Below the pieces are notes generated by a model that did not search any database, was not told the origin of the DNA, and saw only the letters and a list, made by a program, of their open reading frames with translations. From Eledone cirrhosa (lineage: Eukaryota), in contig CAXHJY010000441.1 of NCBI GenBank assembly GCA_964016885.1, forward strand, positions 1 through 41,091: 41,091 bases of DNA. The letters are read 5' to 3'. Below, piece by piece: positions 24,028 through 41,091 of the stretch; the stretch's first letter is position 1; each line of letters opens with the position of its first letter. A program made the position numbers and the translations under genes.

Positions 24028-24870
24028 CAATATATATTTTAGAAATTAATATATAATTTAATTTAAATGTAGTTAACCTATAATTTTAATTTAATTAAAA
24101 TTCTACTACAGATGAATTAAAAAAATATTGTGTAATCATAAATTGTGAAAAACTTTTAAATATTATTAACATAATTAATATATACTTTGGAAATTAATTT
24201 ATAGATTAATTTTAGTTTATTTAACCTTTTATTAAAATTCCTTTACAGATGAAATATAACAAAATATCGTGTAATCAATAACAGAGAAATACTTTTTAAT
24301 ATTATAAACCTAATTAATGTACAATTTAGAAATTAATTTATAAATTAATTTTAATTTAGTTAACCTATAATTTTAATTTAGTTAGCTTAAAATTAAAATT
24401 CTAATACAGATGGATTGCAGAATATCATGTAATCATAAACTGAGAAAAACTTTTAAATATATACCTAATTAATATATTCTTTACAAATAAATATATAGAT
24501 TAATTTTAATTTTAGTTAACCTATAATTATATTCTACTATAGATAAAATACAAAATTTGCTTTAATTATTATAAACCTAATTAACATATACTATAGAAAT
24601 TAATATATAATTTTTAATTTAGTTAACCTATAATTAATACTCTACTACCGATGAAATATACTTGATTTGGCTTTCCCTATTACTAAATTCATTTCCTAAA
24701 TTTGATACCATCATGTTAATATTTTTAATTTAGTTATGCTATAATTAATACTCTACTACTGTTTAACTTCAAAATTCCGCTTTAAATATTATAAACCTAA
24801 GTAGTATACACCTTAGAAATTAATATATTAACTATTTTTACTTTAATTAACCTATAATTAATAGTCTACT
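23973..24870. repeat. Degenerate ~140-155-bp tandem repeat that includes the ORF end and stop codon, ~6 units
   Basis: tatcgtgtaatcataaactgagaaaaac.tttaaatattataaacctaattaa recurs at ~23975, 24126, 24265, 24423 and partially at ~24560 and 24781. Confidence 0.8.
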
Positions 24871-25129
24871 TATATTAAAATGCATAATTTTGCCTTCTTT
24901 CTGACACTACTATGTAAACACATATTATGATTTAAATGCAGATTAATATTCTATGTTCCTTGAAACCTATATTTACTATTTCTCACTAATAATTTTAATC
25001 CCGCCCCCTATAATTATTTGTATTTGTAAGTGTGGATGTATGTATGTGTATGTAAGTATGTATGTATGTTTGTGTGTTTGTATGTGAGTATAAAAATACA
25101 TATGTGCACATGTAAATAAGTGTGTATGA

Positions 25130-25183
<54 letters not shown>

Positions 25184-25269
25184 GTGTGTATGTATGTATG
25201 TGTATGTATATGTATTTGTAGAGATATGTGTATGTATGTGTATATATGTGCATAATTGTCTGACTGTAT

Positions 25270-25323
<54 letters not shown>

Positions 25324-25596
25324 ATATATATTTATATGTATGTATATATGTATATATGTGTGTATGTATGTCTCTATATTTATGTATGTCTGAGTTGTGT
25401 GTGAGTGTGTGGTTGTGTGTATATATATGTGTGTGTATATATATATGTGTGTGTATATATATATATATGTATATGTATGTATATATATATGTGTATGTGT
25501 GTATGTGTGTGTACATATATGTATATATGTGTGTTGTGAGTATGTGTGTATATATATGTGTGTGTATGTGTATATGTATGTATATATATATATGTA

Positions 25597-25640
<44 letters not shown>

Positions 25641-26575
25641 TGTATTTATATGTATGAGTATATCTTTTACTTGTTTATTTCTTTTAATATATTTCTTTTT
25701 ATTTCTAAATTTATAGATACATTTTTATAAATATGCTGAGTCTGACACCCTCTGTAATTTACTTACTCCCTTACCTATTTTTAGTTCTGCATCTAGATGT
25801 AAGTGTATGTGGCCGTGTTTATGTGTGCGCCTCGATATCCATATAGTTATAATAATAATATATACGTATGTGTGTGTGTGTGTGTTCGTGGGTATGTGTA
25901 TGTTTATGTGTATATGCGTGTGTGTGTATGAATGTATGTATATGTGTGTATATATGAGTGTATATATGTATGTATACGTATGTGTATTTTGTCTGTGGAT
26001 TATAAACATACAGAGACATTAGCCCTGAATTTTTGTATTTACATACACTTTTTCGACATGCGTATGCATGTGAACATACACTTTTATGCATATCTGTGAA
26101 CGAAGTTACTTGCATATATACACACACCTAACTGTATTTTCTTGATGTATTTTTATGTATTTCATTGGTCTATTTAAAATCTGTTCCCAAACAGACCTGT
26201 AATTTTGAATTGTTGTTATTATCAATAAATATACTTCATTATTTCTGAAGACGGCATACGTATGTGTTGGTATGTATATTCTATTTGATAGTTTGTATAA
26301 TTTTGTACATAGATCTTTTGAATATGCATGCCAATTCTAACACATATATGTCCTAGAAACGATCGTTAAATAATGAACTTTTTTTGTTTAATATAAGGAA
26401 CTGTTTCATTGTTTTATTCATTATTTTTTTAATATTTTATCTTGACTCTGTATTCCGTTTATCTTTCACCGAAAGTGATTTTTGAATGCATCTCTTCTTT
26501 CCATGATATCCGGATTACATTGAGTTCTTCATACAGATTGGACACTACCGTAAACTTTTGGTAGATTTATCTACA

Positions 26576-28110
<1,535 letters not shown>

Positions 28111-28133
28111 TATATATACACACACACACACAT

Positions 28134-28167
<34 letters not shown>

Positions 28168-28196
28168 AATATATATATATATATACACACACACAC

Positions 28197-28232
<36 letters not shown>

Positions 28233-28282
28233 TATATATATTGTTATATATATATAAATATATATATATTGTTATATATATA

Positions 28283-29253
28283 TCATCATCATCATCGTCA
28301 TCATCATCATCGTTTAACGTCCGTGTTCCATGCTTGCATGGGTTTGGACGGGAGTTTTCCCACTTGAGGCAAGAGTGGTTGTCTTGCTCGCATAGGACTG
28401 TCTGGCGGGTTTTCTACAGTTGGATGCCCTTCCTAACACCAACCACATTTACAGTGTGGGGCTGGGAGGTTTTTACCGTGTTGTCTACACGGTTACATTA
28501 CAGCGTGGACTGTCTGGCAGGTTTTCTACAGCTGGATGCCCTTCCTAACACCAACCACATTTACAGTGTGGGACTGGGACGTTTTTACCGTGTTGCCTAC
28601 ACGGTCACATTAGAGCGTGGACTGTGTGTTTTTTTTTCGTGACACCTACACGATCTCATTTGTTTCAGCCTGGATTTTGTGGCACCAACATAACTTTACA
28701 TTGAAAGGGGCGGTGTGGATGGGGGGGGGGGGGGGTATTTTGTTAGAGATGCCTACTGACTGTAGTAGGTTTTACTTTGTATTTAGGTAACGCGGGTCTT
28801 CTCTGTTACTGAGTACCGCCAAAGGTCTCGGTCCAGTGACATTTTCTTGGAGAGGTGTAAGTGTGTGAGGTCGGAATTTATCAGCTCGTCCCAGGTTTTT
28901 CTGGGTCTGCCTACTCCGTGGCTACCGTCTATCTTTATTGCCCTGCACTTTGTTATACAGCTGTCGTCTTTCATGCGCATCACGTGACCATACCAACGTA
29001 GCCTTCTCTCGAGTAAACAACATCTGATCCCTCTTATTTCTAATTTTTTCCTTAGTTCGTTTATGCTTTGCCGTTCGCGTATATTACTATTACACATCCA
29101 GCGGAGCCTGCAAGCTTCGTTCCTCTCTCGTCTGCGTATATCCTCTGCACACAATGCCCAGGTCTCACTGCCATGCAACATTGCTGTTCGTATGCAGGCA
29201 TCATACAACCTGCCTTTCACTTTTAGGGAGAACCCTTTAGCGGCTAATAGTGG
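28283..29253 (-). mobile_element. Second 5'-truncated RTE-clade LINE of the same family, tail-to-tail with the first
   Basis: ORF 28783-29292: KGRLYDACIRTAMLHGSETW...RLRWYGHV...GRPRKTW; (CAT)n at 28283-28310; tatatatattgttatatatata on both flanks. Confidence 0.9.
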
Positions 29254-29359
29254 TATATATATATATATATTGTTATATATATATATATACATAAGTTATT
29301 CCGGGTTCAATCGGGGGTAACCACAGTAAGTAAGGTACTCAATACATAGTAGAGTATAA

Positions 29360-29460
29360 ATGTTTTAATATCGAAAAGCTTCTACAGGACTAAAACTGAT
29401 GATTTCTCACGAATTAAACAGTTCTAGTCCTGTAGAAGCTTTTCTATATTAAAATACATA
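29360..29460. repeat. ~38-bp inverted repeat with ~20-nt spacer
   Basis: atgttttaatatcgaaaagcttctacaggactaaaactg ... cagttctagtcctgtagaagcttttctatattaaaatacat. Confidence 0.8.
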
Positions 29461-29788
29461 TATGATGGCTGCCCCCTCGTTATTGAGTATGGCCATTGCA
29501 CGATATACCATTATTAATAATTATTAATTAATTCTATCGTGCAATGCCTGTGCGTGAAGGTATTTTTTAAAGTGAGGAAAGACTAGGAGAAGGCAACTCA
29601 GGAAACTGGGATAACTCCGATATAAAACGTGCGGCTCAGTAGTTACCGATGGTGTATATATAGATATGCATTCATACTCACACACATACATATTATTATT
29701 CCATAGAGAACTTCAGTTTATTGAAATAAAATTTGTAAAAAATGTGTATATATATATACATATATATACATACACACACACACACATA

Positions 29789-29847
<59 letters not shown>

Positions 29848-29879
29848 AGATCAAAAGATGGTTAAAGGAGTTCCATGTA

Positions 29880-29946
29880 TTTTATTATGCGCATTTCAAA
29901 AACAAACATCATCATGCAATAATATTTGTGTTTTCATCAGATAAAA
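29880..29946 (-). ncRNA. Minimal type I hammerhead ribozyme in the inverted pLTR
   Basis: Reverse complement: ttttat CTGATGA aaacacaaatattattgcatgatgatgtttgttttt GAAA tgcgca TA ataaaa. Confidence 0.8.
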
Positions 29947-30251
29947 CAGGAGAACATGATATGAAGGCTAAAAAACACTTGTGGATAGTGCAGTTTTAAA
30001 TCAACATATGAAAAGTGGTTTTAGATTGATGTGTGATATTGGGAAAAATATTTTATTTAGAGAGGGGGGTGGGTGGAAAGGATGAAAAAGGGGAGGAGAT
30101 GAGAGGGAGAGATGGGTGATAGAGAGAAAGAGATAGTTTTTATAACTGAGAGAAGATATATTGTTTTACATAGAGTTGAAAACCGTTGGAAGATAATGTA
30201 TAAATTAAAAGAATTTGAAAATTAACAAAGGTTAGTTCTAATTGCTCTTCT

Positions 30252-31958
30252 TTGAACCTAAATTTATGGTTTGGTACTTCTGAAGTGATTGGCTGGTTCA
30301 ACAAATTGGATAATAAAAACAAACTAAAATTTATTCAATTTGATATTGCCAGCTACTATTCCTCCATTTCGCCTTCACTTCTCAATAATGCTCTATCTTT
30401 CGCACTTAAATATTCTGACATCACCACAGATGAACTTCACATTATCCTCACCGCACGTAAAACCATCCTAGAGTTCAACAACGAATATTGGACCAGAGCC
30501 GATACCTCTAACAACTTCGACATCACAATGGGAGCATCCGATTCATCCCAATTGACTGATTTAATTGGTATCTTCATTTTGAACTCTTTGAGTCGGAAAA
30601 TTCCTCAACTTCGCGGTGGAATTTATCGTGACGATGGACTCTTTACTATCCTAAATTGCAATATAGTTAAACTTAATATTATTAAGAACAATATACGTAA
30701 TCTCTTTAACCAACATAACCTAAAAATTGAATTTGATAATAGTATCAAACTAGCTAATTTCTTGGATGTATCTCTTAATCTTGACACTGGCCTATATTAC
30801 CCTTACCATAAAAACAATGAGAATCTTAATTATGTTAACTTTAAATCTAACCATCCTACCAATATCAAGAATGCTATAGTTAATAATATTGGAAATAGAA
30901 TATTTAACATATCTTCTAATAAAAACATCTTTGATGCTAACGCCAATTACTATAATAACGCACTTTCTAAAGCCGGCTATCCAGATAAAATCAAATATAA
31001 TAAAGAAACAAATTCTAGGAAAACTTACAGTAGAATAATTAATCATGACCATTCCAATAATTTTAATAAAAGACCTAGATACAAAAACATAATCTGGTAT
31101 AATGCTCCTTTCTCCATCTCTATTAATAACAATATTCCTAAATTATTTTTTAGTGCCTTAAATAAATGCTTCCCTCCCTCACATATCTATAGTAAAATAT
31201 TTAACAAACACACCATCAAATTTTCGTATTCTACATCCTCCAATATTTCCAACATCATCTCTAAACATAACAACAAAATATTAAATACTAAATCTCTTCC
31301 TTCCAATATTGAATTTCATAATAACAGTAATAGTACTCCCGACGTCATTGTAAACCCTAGGCTAACTTCTGTAAACCCAAATACAACGTCAAACACAACT
31401 TCGCTAAATGTTCATAATCCAACTCTAAATCAAGAAACTATTATTCCTATTATTCCTATCGCAAACAACTTCTCCAATCCAATTCCTTCTATAGATAACA
31501 CTAGATCACTCATTAATAATCTCTCTAATTGCAACTGCCGCATTAAAAATAAATGTCCTCTCAACAACCATTGTCTCGATAAAAACTTAATTTATGAATG
31601 TAAAGTTATAACTAGCACCAATTCCTTCACCTATTTTGGCTCCACTTCCACCTCTTTTAAAGCTCGTCTCTATAATCACCATTCATCTTTCAAATACAAA
31701 CTTAAAAGAACCAACACGGCTCTCTCAGAACTCATATGGTCCTTGAAAGACAAAAACATTAAATATACCATCTTTTGGAAGAAGGTTTCTTCTGCATCCT
31801 CATACTTGAACAGCTCTCTATCTAAAATCTGTAATCTCTGCCTAAATGAAAAATTTACCATTATCTCTAATCTAGATTCTATAATAAATAGACGTACAGA
31901 TTTGTTTTCTATCTGCCTGCATAAATTCCATAGGACTTTTCACAAAGTATACAGTTAA
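30252..31958 (+). CDS. Penelope-like reverse transcriptase (N-terminally truncated) + GIY-YIG endonuclease
   Basis: FDIASYY, DITMGAS, IYRDDGL, NFLDV, AGYP (RT/thumb); WYNAPF; CNCR..KCPL..HCL, LIYECK...YFG, CNLCLNEK; 568 uninterrupted codons, no natural start. Confidence 0.92.
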   Translation: MNLNLWFGTSEVIGWFNKLDNKNKLKFIQFDIASYYSSISPSLLNNALSFALKYSDITTDELHIILTARKTILEFNNEYWTRADTSNNFDITMGASDSSQLTDLIGIFILNSLSRKIPQLRGGIYRDDGLFTILNCNIVKLNIIKNNIRNLFNQHNLKIEFDNSIKLANFLDVSLNLDTGLYYPYHKNNENLNYVNFKSNHPTNIKNAIVNNIGNRIFNISSNKNIFDANANYYNNALSKAGYPDKIKYNKETNSRKTYSRIINHDHSNNFNKRPRYKNIIWYNAPFSISINNNIPKLFFSALNKCFPPSHIYSKIFNKHTIKFSYSTSSNISNIISKHNNKILNTKSLPSNIEFHNNSNSTPDVIVNPRLTSVNPNTTSNTTSLNVHNPTLNQETIIPIIPIANNFSNPIPSIDNTRSLINNLSNCNCRIKNKCPLNNHCLDKNLIYECKVITSTNSFTYFGSTSTSFKARLYNHHSSFKYKLKRTNTALSELIWSLKDKNIKYTIFWKKVSSASSYLNSSLSKICNLCLNEKFTIISNLDSIINRRTDLFSICLHKFHRTFHKVYS

Positions 31959-32489
31959 TATTCAATTCTTTATCAATTTAGAATCTTTTCTCAAAGGCAC
32001 ATATACATACACCTCTTTAAAATATACCCATCTTCCTACCTTACTTCAAAGGGCATTATACACTCTATAATACTTGTTTACTCATTACCCTCTTTCTATC
32101 TTCACCTTGTAAAATCCTTCATAACATATACATTTGTTTTTTTGACGTTAGAATATTCATCCGCAATTATTATTATTTTTTCTCTCTATCATAAAACTTT
32201 TTAATCTCAATTTCATCCTTAATTTATTATTTTTTTTTTTTTCTCCCCATCAACGAACTCATTCTTAATACACATTAACTCTTTCTTCGCACATATTATC
32301 AATTCCTTCAATATACAAACTTTAACTTCACATTATTTTTCTCAAATCCTTCTACACCTTAATAATTTTTTCTCTTCGTTAATTTTGAAATTGCCACAAT
32401 ACTTATCAACATACACCTTTTTGACGTTAGAATATTCATCCACAATTATTATTTTTTCTCTCTATCTTCATACATAAACTCCCTCTCTT

Positions 32490-32925
32490 TCCTCGTAAAT
32501 ATTTTTCCCTTCGTTAATTTTCAAATTCTTTTAATTTATACATTATCTTCCAACAGTTCTCAACCTCTCTATGTAAAACAATATATCTTTTCTCAGTTAT
32601 AAAAACTATCTCTTTCTCTCTATCACCCATCTCTCCCTCTCCACCTTCACTCTCATCTCCTCCCCCTTTTTTCATCCTTTCCACCCCCCCTCCCTAAATA
32701 AAATATTTTTTCCTCGTACATATCTTTCCCTTCGTTAATTTTCAAATTCTTTTAATTTATACATTATCTTCCAACGGTTTTCAACCTCTCTATGTAAAAC
32801 AATATATCTTCTCTCAGTTATAAAAACTATCTCTTTCTCTCTATCACCCATCTCTCCCTCTCATCTCCTCCCCTTATTCATCCTTTCCACCCCCCACCCC
32901 CTCTCTAAATGAAATATTTTTCCCA
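32490..32925. repeat. ~220-bp tandem duplication in the Penelope 3' UTR (plus a ~50-bp dispersed repeat at 32140/32418)
   Basis: tcctcgta.ata..tttcccttcgttaattttcaaattc...taaat.aaatatttttcc occurs twice. Confidence 0.85.
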
Positions 32926-33015
32926 ATATCACACATCAATCTAAAACCACTTTTCAGATGTTGATTTAAAACTGCACTATCCACAAGTGTTTTTTAGCCT
33001 TCATATCATGTTCTG

Positions 33016-33082
33016 TTTTATCTGATGAAAACACAAATATTATTGCATGATGATGTTTGATTTTGAAATGCGCATAATAAAA
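33016..33082 (+). ncRNA. Minimal type I hammerhead ribozyme in the 3' pLTR
   Basis: Helix I ttttat/ataaaa; CTGATGA 33022-33028; long AU/GU helix II; GAAA 33065-33068; palindromic tgcgca; AUA triplet ending 33076. Confidence 0.8.
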
Positions 33083-33209
33083 TACATGGAACTCCTTTAA
33101 CCATCTTTTGATCTTATATTATGTATACTCCAGTCCTACAAACTGTAGAGTGCTTCTTATCCGATATCTGCATTGCTTTATTGTACTACAATAAAACTCA
33201 CCTCCTACA

Positions 33210-33282
<73 letters not shown>

Positions 33283-33577
33283 GGAGGAAGTTATAGTTCA
33301 CTTGAAGCATTATGTAATGAGGTATAAACGTTTGTATATGTATAATAAAGCCAAAACAATGCAGGTATGGACATAGAATAAAGAATGCAAATGCAAAAGA
33401 TATTGTTGACAATTAGTCTTTTACATTAGATTTATTTAAATGTCCTTAATTTTCGAGATAATATCTCTTCTTCGGAGGGAAGTAAAGTGGTTAAAGCAGT
33501 GTTCGAGATAATATCCCTTCTTCGGAGGGAAGTAAAGCGGTTAAACCAGTGTTCTAGAACACTGATTTATCTCAAAA

Positions 33578-41091
<7,514 letters not shown>

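Larger units (their letters stand above)
21731..26440 (+). mobile_element. 5'-truncated Penelope-like element with inverted copy of its 3' region
   Basis: Inverted arms 21731-~23065 and ~25165-26440 (~1.3 kb, including CA/TG microsatellites) flanking a GIY-YIG ORF. Confidence 0.8.
29841..33210 (+). mobile_element. 5'-truncated Penelope-like retroelement with inverted pseudo-LTR
   Basis: Inverted arms 29841-~30230 and ~32728-33121; RT+GIY-YIG ORF between them; ~90-bp tail beyond the right arm; inserted in (TA)n. Confidence 0.9.

Noticed and set aside
29463-29655. Segment with ggagaaggcaac resembling RTE-related 5' sequence
   Set aside because: Similarity rests on a short remembered motif only; left unassigned

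Overview
Eukaryotic, very AT-rich and repeat-dominated DNA with no recognisable host gene. The SINE families and huge (TA)n/(TATC)n/(TACA)n tracts resemble an octopus/cephalopod genome (inference). Main contents: (i) tRNA-derived SINEs, minisatellites and a piggyBac-like MITE in the first 9 kb; (ii) three head-to-tail Tx1-clade LINE copies, one nearly full length (ORF1 zinc knuckle, ORF2 APE-RT-zinc finger), with all junctions in (TATC)n/(TA)n microsatellite; (iii) a run of fold-back elements from 19 to 33 kb: a non-coding 2.1-kb palindromic element, a GIY-YIG-only Penelope-like element, a tail-to-tail RTE pair and a Penelope-like RT+GIY-YIG element; (iv) about 7.5 kb of TA/CA microsatellite. 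Manual folding shows type I hammerhead ribozyme folds at the ends of the Penelope-type elements. One has a UUGAGAA core (compensatory U3-A8 in place of C3-G8) and is present twice in the non-coding palindrome. Almost all long ORFs in the supplied track (Y/I/C/V-rich) are microsatellite translations.
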